A stretch of DNA of 63,000 nucleotides, the filler included, from Choristocarpus tenellus KU-1152 (lineage: Eukaryota > Protista > Phaeophyceae), in assembly GCA_964200185.2 (NCBI GenBank). It is 9 parts of 9 records of this genome, joined end to end, with 100 filler letters (N's around TTAATTAATTAA, not from the genome) between each part and the next. Parts side by side here need not be neighbours in the genome. Positions count along the whole stretch, not along the records: positions 1 to 5,838 come from CAXNAD020009633.1; positions 5,939 to 11,152 come from CAXNAD020011487.1; positions 11,253 to 13,807 come from CAXNAD020026816.1; 6 more parts are not named here. The stretch is one strand, 5' to 3'. Both the position numbers and the translations under genes were made by a program. The notes below the pieces were generated by a model. It saw only the letters and a program-made list of their open reading frames with translations. It had not been told where the DNA came from and ran no database searches. Of this stretch, positions 1 through 12,099 are shown piece after piece (position 1 is the stretch's first letter; each line of letters starts with the position of its first letter).

Positions 1-1071
1 CCCCCTCCACACTTTCCCATCTTGTTTATCCCCTGTTCCCTGACCTCTCTGTACGTGTGTAAGCACAGGCTTGATTAATTTCTCTGGGGCTGGCTATGTT
101 GCTCTGTGTACCATTACTACAGCAAGCAGTGTAGGTTGTGATAGTTATTGTTTCTTCCTCAGGGTATTGTATGATGTTAAGATTTTTATCGTGTCAAGTC
201 TCCATAAATACATCCATGAGGAATTAAATTGCTCTACAGAATCATTAATGACTACCTCAGCACCAGATAAAAGTTTATACTCCTATTGTCCTTGAAGTAA
301 TTGCTCTGCCTTTTGCTTGTGTTTTTGGACTTGCTCTACAAAGATTAATCCTTGCCCATGCATTTTTTTGCTTGGGTGGATATTAGTGTGTCATCCCTGT
401 AAGGCCTCCCCTCCACATCCACAGTGTTGATCTAGCAAGGTTTATAATGCTCTTCTCTTCTACAATGTAGTATGTCCTCACCAGAAAATGTACAAATTAG
501 GGTGTATCTTCATCTCTCCCTCTTTGACTGGGTCTTAATGAGGATAATTTGACCCCAAGTATGTAACATAGAGAATACGAAATCAGAAGGGTTGAAATGG
601 TCGTAATCACTTTCAGCAAGCCTTCTGATTGGTTGATACAATGGGTCAATTTTTTTTTTTAAGAGAACTGCCCAAGTGACTTCTTGTAGCCTTGGCCACT
701 TCACTTCAATATAGTCACCAACCATAAAAATACGAATCCTTGATTTTTCTATTGGCTTATCATTGGCTCTCCCACCCATCCCTCCTACCCACGATAGATG
801 TACTATTATTATTATTGTTATATTTTTCCCAACATAATTAAGGACTTTTGATTGACTCTGACATGCTTTTGATGTGGAGGCAACAGTAATCTGGAATCTT
901 GAAATGCTTACTGACGTTGTTGGACATATTGTCACGATGAAAGTCTTTTGACATCCAGGCTTCATTGCCTCATGGTGGGGCAACATCAACCTCTAATCAG
1001 GGCGAAACCAACATCCGTTTTAAAACCCTAACCCTAACCCTAACCCTAATCAACTTGCGAATATGTTACAG

Positions 1072-4000
1072 GTACTAGAGTTCCGTTTCCCTGGACATCC
1101 AGCTCCTCCCCTAGGCATGCTTTTCAAGATTTGCTCATCGCTGGAAAACTGGTTGGAGGCGGATGAGAGCAACATTGCTGCGGTGCACTGCCTCACAGGA
1201 AGGGGGCGGACAGCCACAGTGATAGCCTGCTTCCTGGCTTGGGTGGGGGAGTTCTCCACGCCGCTGGAGGTTTGTGGTTTTGTTTTGAATTGGCTTGCAG
1301 GTGTGTTGTTACTATCTTGAGGAAATATTTAAGATTTTGACCTCTGAATGCAAGCAGATTTTTTTTTTTTTAATGTGGATTTTTCTTGTGGGATAGGTTC
1401 TATAGTATGAAAATCAAAGTATTAAATCAATGCTCTTTCTTTTTGTTTCAAATGGTTCGTTCTTGGAAGGACGTGGCTTTCAAAAGAAAAAAAGGATAAA
1501 TTTGGCTTGTTTTTTCATGTCTTGGAACAAGAACTTGCTGAAAGCAAACCTATTTTAATATCTTGTATTCATGTAGTTCCTGGTTTACTGGAGGGACTCT
1601 ATTGGCTGACACCTCTGAGAAGGGTTTCATATTATTTATGTTCATCCTGTCATGTTGGGGCTATTTAGGCAGGACAAAGTCTCGCCACCTGCATCCAGTG
1701 CAACCTCTTCATCCCAACCCCTTCATCCTCCATATTCTTGCAACCCTGTCATCCCCCAAAATTATCAAAATATCAAACATCACCTCGACCAACAACTCCA
1801 TTCCGCATAATCATCTCCAACCTTTTGGTCAGGCTATTCAACACGTCAGTGAGAGGAAAAGGGTGGACATGGAAAAGCTCACCATCCCCAGCCAGCGTCG
1901 GTATATCTCATACTTCAGTAGTGTGCTTGAAGGAGTGCGACCACGCTCTGAACCACTTCTTCTTCGCCGTGTGATAATGAACACTATACCCACCTTTGGG
2001 ACTCGGGATGGGGGCATGATTTGGCCTGGGGGGGTTGGGTCAGTTCGGGGGGAGGAGGGAGAGTCAGGGCGTGGTGGGGAGGGGGTTGGGTGTTGCCCAT
2101 ATCTGCAGATCTTCAAGGGGGGTATGTTGATATTTACAGCAACATACAGGTGAGGTGAATAAGTTATGTACGCATGTTCTTTTACTATGGATACATACGT
2201 ACATACATGAATGTGTGTGTGTGTGTGTGTGTTGAAGTATGTGTGTGTGTATATGCATGCCTTTCTTCCTGCTGCCAATTGTCCCCCACCTGCCTGTACC
2301 TTTGTTTGCATTTCGAGGGATATTCATTGTAGTCATTCAATGCTGTTGACAAATATGTAACCAATGCTGTTTGCCCTGTAGGATTGTGGGAGGAAGTTTT
2401 ACACCTACTGTGTTAAAAGAACAAGAAATAAATGTATTTGACGCATTGTTGTGATCCTCTTCCCACTACCTACTACTTTCTATCCCTAACAATATTTTTA
2501 GGGTTAGGGTTAGTTGTCCAGTCCTCCATTCGAGATGGCAATGTGAATGCAATGAAAAGTCATCACCTACTTTTCATCACCCAACCTCTTTTCCTTTTGC
2601 CAACCCCCTTGTCCAACACGTCACCTGTACTCTAGACCCAGTGGCAATTTTTGTCGGTTATACCGGCTACCAAGTGTGATACGCCCTCATCTGATTGACA
2701 TTTCCCCTTGTGGGTCTGCTTTTGTCCCCATCCCTCCCCAAGAGTATTAATTGGTTTGGATGAGGTTGTGATGTACTTGCGCATTTTCCTAACCCTAACC
2801 CTAACCCTAGCCCTAGCCCTAACCCCGACACTGAACACCAACCTATGATAGGCTAGAAGAGGGCCTTGCCAAGGCCGATGCCATGAAGGCAGAGGAGGTC
2901 AAGGATGGGAAGCAGGGGGGAGGGGGACAAGAGCAGGGGCAGGAGGAAAAGGGGGGCGGCACTGGTGCTGCTGGCACAACTTTGCCCTGGGCTTATACCA
3001 GTGATGACAGTATCTCTTTTGCTGTTGACTGTGCAGTTCAAGGGGACTTGCTGGTGAGCTGATTGAGTAGAACAAGAATTTATTGTGATGCCAAGGTAGA
3101 CCCATGCCAGGGTCATTGTTGATTATAGTATTAATAGGAGAGTTTTGTATAGTCTTTTGGGGAGATGTGCTTTGTTGTGTCTTGGAATGCCAGTTATCCC
3201 TTGAAGTTACCCCTTGAAGTTATCCCTTGAAGTCAACTCATGTTTTCAAGAGTTTGTGCCACAAGTAGAGGGGGTTACTGCTGTTTCTGTTGTAGTTCTC
3301 CCTCACCAACACTGGTTGTGATGTTTAATGCCTTTCTTGGCCACTCCCTTGATGCCCCCATTTGTGTGTTGTGTGTGTGTGGTATTGTGTTGCAATGCTC
3401 CCCCAAAAAGATGGTGAAAGTAACTGATGTGAGATAGGGGTTTGGATGTGTTTTGACTGTTTTGAGTTTCAAGGGCTTTTTGAACTTTGTTTGAAGAACT
3501 TGAAGAGATTAAAAAATGTGGGTGATGACAAGGATGATGTCCTTATGCAAACTGAATGCAGTTATAAGACAGACAAAATAGTCTCCTCAGATGAGGACTT
3601 GACTGCCCCAAAAAAGATGTGCCACCAGAAAATAAGATGGACTGTTTAAAATCTGCAGCACCTCCCCCCCTCGAATACTTTGACTTACCCTAATACCTAT
3701 GATACCTATGATAGATCCGCTGCAGGCACTTGAGCCCGTCTGGGCGGAGGGTTTCAATGTTTAGGGCTGCCTTTCACACTGGATATGTTCCCTGTGGTGT
3801 GCTTCGCCTGACCAAGGCGCAGCTGGATGGGGCATGTGGAGACTCACGGTTCCATCAGGTGGAAGAGTTGCTATATAGGATCTCTAGAAGAATTGGAATG
3901 TCAAGAAAAATGTTCTGATATGTCCTCGGTGGGGTGTTACAATTTGCCTATGAACGTTTGAACGTTTGAACGTTTGACAAAATGTTGGCGCTGACACAGG

Positions 4001-5243
4001 TTGACTGCAGTCTCACATTCGAATATCCTGCGATGGAATATTGGGGAGATGGGTTAGGGGATATAGGAGGCAGACTTGTATCAGAAATTGTGGCCGCAAT
4101 GTTGAGGTGGATGGTGGACCCATTGGTGCCTTCTATGTTTTGCTTGGTGGTGCGGAGTTTGCAGGGGATTGGGATTGTTGAAATTGTGTGGAGTGCTCTT
4201 TAGTTTTGGGAGGGAGTGAGGCTAGCCCTAAGTGAGATAGGTGTTTGCTTTACTGTAATTAAATTCCCATGGAATGTCACACATCGGGAACTAACAGGTT
4301 CCTTGCTGTACCCACATGCCCTTGCTTTTGTCGCCAACCTCCCCCTTACTTGGAGAAATGCAAAGCTCATGTGTGTGTATATGTATATATGTATACTTAT
4401 ATTTAGCGTTATTTGTTGGAAGTCCTCTAGTACTTGTCGGGATGCTTTGTTTTTCCCCCTCCCTTTGTTGTTGCGTACCTCCAATGGCACATTTAACAAA
4501 AAAACAAAAATTGTCCATGTGCACAGGACTTTTTCCTTGATCTCATATTTGCCCCATTAGAAGCACCACTGGAGGTGGAGACTGGAGAGGGATCAGTAGC
4601 AGGGGTAGTAGAATCTTCTGGGGAAACACTGGATGATGGGACCACAGCTGCCCAGCCCAGGTTGAACTCAAGTGCACCTGAAGCTCTCTCAGGGCAGGCA
4701 AAGGTTGAAATGGGAGGACCAGAGGGGGAGCTGCTGGAGGTGTGTTTGGTAAAGGGCAACGGTGGTGCAGTGGAACAACCCAAGAACAGCGCTGCAGAGA
4801 GGAGTGAGTTTACTAGACACACCACCTTTCTAGTTTGTGGGAAAACTAGTAGTGTGGACAAAGTGCATGTGTATTACATTTATATTTATATTTAATTTTA
4901 TCTAGATACGTAGTCTTCGCATGTATTTATTTTCATATTTTTTCTTCACCAGAGTATTCAAGTCGGAAATGTTACCTCAACCTATCCTATTTGAGCAAGC
5001 AGATATTCTTTTATTTTTGAAGAACATGCTTCAATATATATTTCTATGTCCCAGAGTGTACTTCCGTATAGAGCCTATACGTAAGTGTTTTGAGTGTATC
5101 GTTGGTAATGATCATTCAAAAAACATAACCACCTTTTGTGACCAGGGGGGGCAGGACTCGTGACAGATGCAGACCCTGTGGGTGCATATGACTCCTTGCT
5201 ACACCAGGACAAGCGGTTCTGGGAGGAGATTGATGCCAGGAAG
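1072..5243 (+). CDS. PTEN/tensin-type phosphatase domain + C2 domain protein (partial at both ends)
   Basis: Phase-consistent GT-AG exons 1072-1269, 1833-2149, 2852-3053, 3715-3858, 4527-4803, 5146-5243. Motifs: FPGHPAPPL, VHCLTGRGRTATVIACFL (HCxxGxxR P-loop), TIPSQRRYISYF, PYLQIF, VQGDLLIRCRH, MFRAAFHTGYV, LTKAQLD, all typical of PTEN phosphatase + C2. Start and stop not in this contig. Confidence 0.9.
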
Positions 5244-5838
5244 GTGAATGACTGCTTCTTTTGTAGTATGCCCCTCGTTATCATTATCATTACTAATGTC
5301 ATTCCTGCTATGGATTGATAGGAGCAGGGGATTTTGTCAGTGACATTATTTGATGGCACTTGTATGCAGTGTTTGGATCTGGTTGGCATAGAGGGACGCT
5401 AAAAAAATTAAGGAGCTTTTGTTCTGGTCAGCCTCCAGCTGCTACGGGTACCTTAGACTGGATCTACAAACAGAGGTAACATTATTTAATTTTATGTCTA
5501 TCAATAGAATGGTGTAGATGTGAGGCATGTATGGGTGTGTGGTATTAATTGCACACACTCTTAAGTGCACTAGGGTTAGGGTCAATACAGAGAAATGGGA
5601 GTGTTTCTCCCTCAGTACGATATGGTTTTTTCTCATTGGCAAAGAGAAAAAAAAAAGCATTGTTCACAATGCGATTTCATTATTTTTTACTAGAATGGCA
5701 CACAATTCACTATCCTGGGAACAGTGTATTACCAACTGGGGATGGCACTCAGTTCCTCCCTATAACCACAACCCCCCCCCCTTACCTTTAAGAAATGCGC
5801 GTTCCCCTCAACGCCCTTCTTGCCCTCCGCCTTCACCA

Positions 5839-5938
5839 NNNNNNNNNNNNNNNNNNNNNNNNNNNNNNNNNNNNNNNNNNNNTTAATTAATTAANNNNNN
5901 NNNNNNNNNNNNNNNNNNNNNNNNNNNNNNNNNNNNNN
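5839..5938. other. Artificial contig spacer (N44-TTAATTAATTAA-N44)
   Basis: 100-nt block with a 12-mer giving stops in all six frames; identical to seven other spacers. Confidence 0.98.
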
Positions 5939-6099
5939 CGTTGGATTTGAGTTGTACATCCTGGAAGGTGAGCATTGAGGGGCGCCTGTAACAGCTCTAC
6001 CCTCTAAGATACTTTGGCTTCCTTATGTATGATATTCATCACATATGTGGCTGTATTTTAGATACCATCTCGTTCTAAGCTCAAAGTAGATCAAAGGAG

Positions 6100-8097
6100 C
6101 CAAATGTGCAGTCTCCACTAGATTGGAGAGATGGTACCCAAGAATCTTAATTGAAGCCCCAAGCCTTCTAGTCAAGTGGGATAGCAAGGTTATATCTATG
6201 TATAAGCACTCCAGAAAATGTAATACTTGATGTTTCCCAGGAGTCTTCTTCAACAAGGTCTAACTAGACCGACCAAAGGTAGAAGCAAATTGTCCCCTAC
6301 ACGCACACTGATGAACTAAGCAATGCAAGATTCCTGAAACAGAAGCACAGTGTTCGAAAGCCAGCGGAAATGGCCAAAGATTGCCTGTAGTTAACACACA
6401 ACATACTTTGTACACGTTGGTACAGAGAGTGCTGTGGTCACACTTCCTACCATGACACATACACCACATTCAACAACACTCCTGCACCTCGACTGCTACG
6501 TCATACGAAACATCACATGGGGCTGCTTATGACAATATAAACTATCTACACTAGGCAGTAGGCCAATGTTAAGCAAGGTTTCTGCGTGGTTATTCCTGAG
6601 TGCAATGATCCTGTCTGTGAAGTGGAGAAAGGGAATGTTGACCCGGCCGATATGGAGAAGTACTAACCAGTGATGAGGAAGAGATGAGCACGAGAACAGT
6701 GTGGTCGGGGAATTTTTCTTTTTCATGACTAGCTTTGTATCGTTCTTCGAAATGGTCACATCACCATTCACTTTCTTCACTTGACTGGTGATGCAATTTT
6801 TCTCGCCAATAAGTGGATCAGACACTTGCTTGACCTTGGCGTGCTGCTCAACACAGGCAACATCTCTGTGATGAACAGCCCTGTGTGAGTTTCCATATAG
6901 TGTGCCAACCAAGGTGCCGATGTCTCTGGTGCTTTGCAAAGGGTCTGATGCTATATGTTTCCTATATTAGATCACACACCACGGTTGCTATTTCTCCTTG
7001 AGTATCATGAGAGATTGCTTGGCGTCTTGTCTTGGTATATTTTATCACTTTTGATCAAGGAATTCTTGTAATCCTCTGAAATCCTCAGCTACCAGGCCGA
7101 GGCTGTGCGATCATGAAAGAAGATGCTTGCGGATAGCCACTCCCAGTGTGCACATGCTGCTCAGGGAGCTGGGGAAGCAACCAAGATGGAGATGGAAGCA
7201 GTGCTAGATCAGCGGATGTTGCTCCATACTGCTGAGATTAATGAGCTGAAGGATAACTTTCAGGTGAGAGGGTCACAGACCATTGCCGTTAGGAAGCCAG
7301 ATAAGAGACTGAGGATTGACCAAAGAAGAGAGAGGCAACGAAGGCTGAGATGAGGGAATAGAAGAACTACAAGAGAGGAAGCTGTCTGTAAGCAATTTGC
7401 AATTTGAAGTGTTGGAAGGAGATAGTTCGAAGTAGTACTTAGCTCCACAGCTGGCAGACACATCAGTGGGCTAAATGTATTCCAGGTATAAGCCAAATTG
7501 ACACATGTTCTGTGTATCTGTGGTTTGTCGAATAACTTAGTGTTATTCTTATGTTATCTGTGCTGATACAAGTAAACAACATAGCTTTTATGTACGTTGA
7601 TCTTTGGTTCGGTACAATACAAAGTAGTGACATGCACAGTGGTACGTCATGGTGGGCCAATGGGACATTACAAGTGGTATAGTGGGACAATAGCAGTAAT
7701 ATAATTATATTGGACACCAAGTAGACAATACCCAACGGACAATAAATAATTCAGTGTGTGTGCTTTACCATGCAATTCAACTGCTAGCTTCCGGTAACGA
7801 GCCTTATGTGCGCCAAGCTTCTCAACATGGTATATAGGGAACTTGAGGTGGGACTTTTGAATGGAAATTAATTTTATTATGTTACAGGCACAGGATCACT
7901 CCACGACCCCTATTTTTTCTCTGGTGAACTTCTCCCTCCATATTCTGCTTGACCCTGACCTATGTATACCACAGGAGAGATCGACAGACCTCGTCAACAA
8001 GCTTGAGACTTGCACAATCGATGCCCACAAGCAACTCCAAATGTGGGAGAAAGAGAGGAGGGAGTTTGTAGATGCACCAGAGCCAGAAAGAGAGAGG
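6100..8097 (+). pseudogene. Decayed intron-containing gene of unknown family, copy A
   Basis: Disrupted frame RLERWYP...SLLVKW...QCKIPETEAQC (about 6120-6560); exon-like block about 7090-7263 with in-frame TGA at 7114, ending CAG|GTGAGA; coiled-coil-like exon 7975-8096. Homologous to 8486-9320. Confidence 0.5.
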
Positions 8098-8485
8098 TGA
8101 CTAGCATAATGGGGAGATGGTGCTGTGTAGTAAGTAGTTTTAGCACATAGGATGGATCAAGTAATTCCCTTGTCAAACATGTTTCCCCCAACAAATATGT
8201 ATTAAAAAATATCACATACTGTAGTGTATCTAGAGCAATCCTTAACGTTATTTATGATGATGTGGTCTGTGTATCTATGTTGTGTCGAAATATATTGTAT
8301 TTGCAAGTGTGCTGCTGTGTGTCGTTTTCGCACATACTGTTTTTGTAGTGCTCACAGCAATACCCGGAACAAGATTATACCATTATAAGCTACCTAATGC
8401 GTGATATCTATCATGTGTGTCAGTGCTATCTTGTTCTATGCTTGAAGAGGATTAAAAGATACAAATGAGTAATCTTCAATCGCAG

Positions 8486-9320
8486 GTTGGAGAGATGGCA
8501 CCCAAATGTGCGTGAATAGACAACCGAGCCTTCTAGTGAAGTGGAAATGGCAATGGCGTGTCCACCCTTTAGCTCCCCAGAAGGAGTAATATCGAGAGTT
8601 TCCCAAGATCTTTCTTCGAGATAACTCGCACCCTACTGAATGTTAGAGCACATACTTCTCAACAGAATTAGTGAAATTTTAGGCAATGTGAAATCCCTAC
8701 CACAACAACACAGTGTTGAAAGAAGGTGGAAAATGTCAAGCTTAGCTGGGCTCGAAACACTGGATTTGGTGCAAATAGGAATGCTGTGGCTTTCCATTAT
8801 GCCTCACTTGCTAAACTCCGCAATATACCTGCACCTTGCTTTGATGCTGTATGAACTACACATAGGGCTGCTCTTGCTGACCGTGTTCAGCACGATGTGG
8901 TTGTTGGGCAAACATCAGATCCCATTAGCCCAGTCCAACTTCAGGAAGCGCTCAAAACAAATGCAGAACTGATTGCAGTGAGTTTGTTCCCAGTGCCTGC
9001 TGGTGTAGATTTCTGCACTGTGCAGTAGGATACAAACCAGGCTTTGCCACCTCCTTGAGTGCCGAGGGAAATTGCTCATCATCTTGCCTTGGCTCTTCAT
9101 TCCTGATCTATCACTGCCACGGTGTTTTGGATTTCTTCATACTTGCTCCCAGACCGAAAGTGCACAGTCTTGCCAACAGCTGCTTATTGAGAGCCATTCC
9201 CAATGTGCACTCAAGATCAAGGAGGGAAAGGAAGTAGTAAAAATTAACATGAAGCAGTCATTAGATCAGCAGGTGTTGTCACAAGCAGCTGGATATTTTG
9301 AAATGAAGGAACAGCTACAG
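8486..9320 (+). pseudogene. Decayed intron-containing gene of unknown family, copy B
   Basis: RLERWHP...SLLVKW...QCEIPTTTTQC...NAELIA|GTGAGT (to 8977, several stops), then exon 9153-9320 TESAQSCQQLLIESHSQCA...EMKEQLQ|GTGAGG matching copy A exon LADSHSQCA...ELKDNFQ|GTGAGA. Confidence 0.5.
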
Positions 9321-9442
9321 GTGAGGGGGGTCGTTGTCCAAAACACAAGCATCAACGTGAAGGTCATCTTTACATCTCCTTGAACGATTCTTGTTATAAT
9401 TTTATTTCCCCTTAATGTAATCCTTGGGTTTCTCCATAAGTG

Positions 9443-9690
9443 AAAGTATTTTAGAGGGTACGAGTTTTTCTCTGTTAGTCCATTTGGGGCTTGGGTTCCC
9501 ATGGGTTCTTTATGACATTTCCTACTCCAAAAACGTTTTGGAGTAGGTAAAATGTATACGTTATGAAAAGGTGTATCCGGAACAAGGATATTGACACTTC
9601 CTCACAAACACAATAGCCAAAATTACATCAATATTACAGCATTGGATTTTCGCCCCCAAATGGACGCGGCCCTACCCTCTAAGATACTTT
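9443..9690. mobile_element. Complete MITE, about 248 bp, AAAGTAT-ended TIR family
   Basis: Left AAAGTATTTTAGAGGGTA (9443-9460) and right TACCCTCTAAGATACTTT (9673-9690) are inverted repeats matching 17/18; both arms also carry GTCCATTTGGGG; no ORF; related copy at 13651-13807. Confidence 0.8.
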
Positions 9691-11082
9691 GGCTCCATGA
9701 TAGTATAATTGTGTGCAAGCATAATCCCTTTTTCGACCCTATTTCCTTTCTTCTTGACCTCAACGGGTTCCGTTGTGCTCTACAGATCATGAAATATTCC
9801 ATCACTATTGATTCATTCCTCTCCTTACGAATCCATGCACCATTACTACCCTGTTATTATGCAAACAAAAGAGCATGTCAACGTATGTGACTCCATACAC
9901 AACAAACGATGTTGTCTTGGAACTATCAACACTCACCATGGAGGTGTCGGAGTAGAGCTATTTAATGTTTTTCACATTTTCCCGACTCTTCCTCCACTGA
10001 AAGGCACACCTATGCAGCCCTAATTGAACCTAGTGATGGGCACTAACTCTGTGAGTGTCCTAGATGCACCAAGCAATCCATCTTCTGCCTAGGCTGGCAT
10101 GTGACTTTCCTATTGTGATCCAACGTATCCTTCCCATCAGGCTATGCCTGCAAATACCTGCCTGTAGAGAGACCCTAGATTTTGTCTACCAAAGCTTGAG
10201 GCTTGACTCCTAGCTACATTTGGATTAGTTCTTGTGATAAATCCAAGGAATGCACGATATTCTAACTTTGCACAGGTGATATATGTATTAAATGTTCTCA
10301 ATTTTGTACTACTCCCTCTTTCGTCCGAGTTTCAACAACTCTCTCTACACCTCTGACTTGGCCATGGCATTGGACCTTTTATCATACTCTTTAAGTGCAA
10401 GAGACCTCTAGATACCATCTATTTTATGTTTGATAAGAAGTACTACTAGTGAATTTGGAGCTGATTCTACCACACATCTTCTGATCACAAGCATACTTGC
10501 CACTGCCCAAAACGTTCCCCTTGTTGTCTTCTTGGCAGTCCCGGCACGACAAGACTGTGGGTCAACTTGAACACACTCTCAACATCTTTAAGCAATTGGT
10601 GGTGAGATGCCAATTTTAGAATGGTCACATGATGTGGAGTACAAAAGATTACTTAACACCCATGGGGTGCATGTTGTCAGGGGCTGGACGTAGTTTGTTA
10701 CAGGGGCTACAAACACTGGGCTAGGATTGTTATGCCATTGCATGTTGTTGCTGTGCTGTGACCACATATTCATTGTTAGGTCTAGTGGTAAAACTCAAAG
10801 TTGGTACACTAAATAGAGACCTGTGTGTGTGTTGAGTGAATACCGCCTACTTGAAACCGCAATAATGTGCCCATGTGGGGGATTGGCCATAGGCGATCTT
10901 GTGAGCTATCCCTGTCATTACCACCTGCGGCCAGCCACCCTTCACCAACCCTTAAGTACTGCTCATCTATTGCAGATTAACAAATTGATTACGAAAGGTG
11001 AGCATGACGACTATCCATCCTGGGAAGAGGGGATCAAGTCCTTGTCCTCAATCGAGGAGGCGACAATGCCAAGCATGAGGCT

Positions 11083-11152
11083 CAAAGTATCTGGGAGGGG
11101 GTGGCGACTGTCCATTTGGGGTCAATTTTTTCATGTCGCGATTTTTGAGTGA
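11083..11152 (+). mobile_element. TIR-element end (CAAAGTATCT-G-run family) cut by contig end
   Basis: CAAAGTATCTGGGAGGGGGTGGCGACTGTCCATTTGGGGTCAATTTTTTCATG closely matches 47896-47955. Confidence 0.7.
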
Positions 11153-11252
11153 NNNNNNNNNNNNNNNNNNNNNNNNNNNNNNNNNNNNNNNNNNNNTTAA
11201 TTAATTAANNNNNNNNNNNNNNNNNNNNNNNNNNNNNNNNNNNNNNNNNNNN
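11153..11252. other. Artificial contig spacer
   Basis: N44-TTAATTAATTAA-N44. Confidence 0.98.
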
Positions 11253-12099
11253 TGGGTGTGCTTTCGCGCCTCAGTTGCAGCAGCAGCTACACCATTGCTG
11301 GCGGATGAGTGGGTGCACTATCGTAGAAAGAGGACAATACAAATACGCATCACTTGTTTTGGACATTGAGTGACGTATTCGAAACCAAACTTTTGTGAAA
11401 GAAGTCTAGAATCGGAGGGTCTCGAACAAACTGAATTCATGCAGGTTGCTGTCGCCCTAAACTCTGTCTTGTAAACACGCCATATATTCAAGGGTCTAAT
11501 TACTAATACATACACACATTAGTTCCTGTTTCAACCTCTCACTATTATCGTACTCTATAAAATGTTTATATATTATATCGCTGGGTGAACGACAATAGAA
11601 AACCTCGCAGAGTTACAGTCCCCTACGGGTTATACCATTGTTTCTTAGTGGGACTCAGCTGCACAATTATCGGACGGATTCGACGATGAGAAGGATTTGG
11701 CGTCACGGACGACCTGTCGGTCTGTTTGTCCCTCAACACGGGAAACAAGCCATGTACAGGGATAGGTTTCAGATAGAGAGAAAGAGGACGATAATTGAAA
11801 TTTTACGGAAGAAAGAGGAGGAGTGACCATCCCGCCCCATGCACACCATCTACCTTGAGGCATCAAAATCACGAGCATGTGGACACATGGATGATCAAAC
11901 CATGGCTGTGCGGCGGTCTTGATGCGACAGACCTGGACTGGTGGACACAATGTGATTGGGCTCCAAGAGACAACAAGTGGTGGGGTCTATTGCCTTGAGC
12001 TGTCTGAGTTCAAGCACGAAATTTTCTTCACAGTGAGAAGATCAGAAGGGTAAACATGAAGCGGGCTTTGGAGTAAAAGAATCAATCCTACGATAGACC

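Noticed and set aside
510-989. 159-aa minus-strand ORF
   Set aside because: No recognisable motif or splice context; lies in presumed intron sequence of the PTEN-like gene.
7114-7116. In-frame TGA as selenocysteine or readthrough
   Set aside because: The paralogous position is Cys (SCQQ), but the region has many other stops and no SECIS was recognised; decay is the simpler explanation.
10050-10800. Coding-like composition
   Set aside because: Stops in all frames and no motif I could identify; possibly a relic but unassignable.
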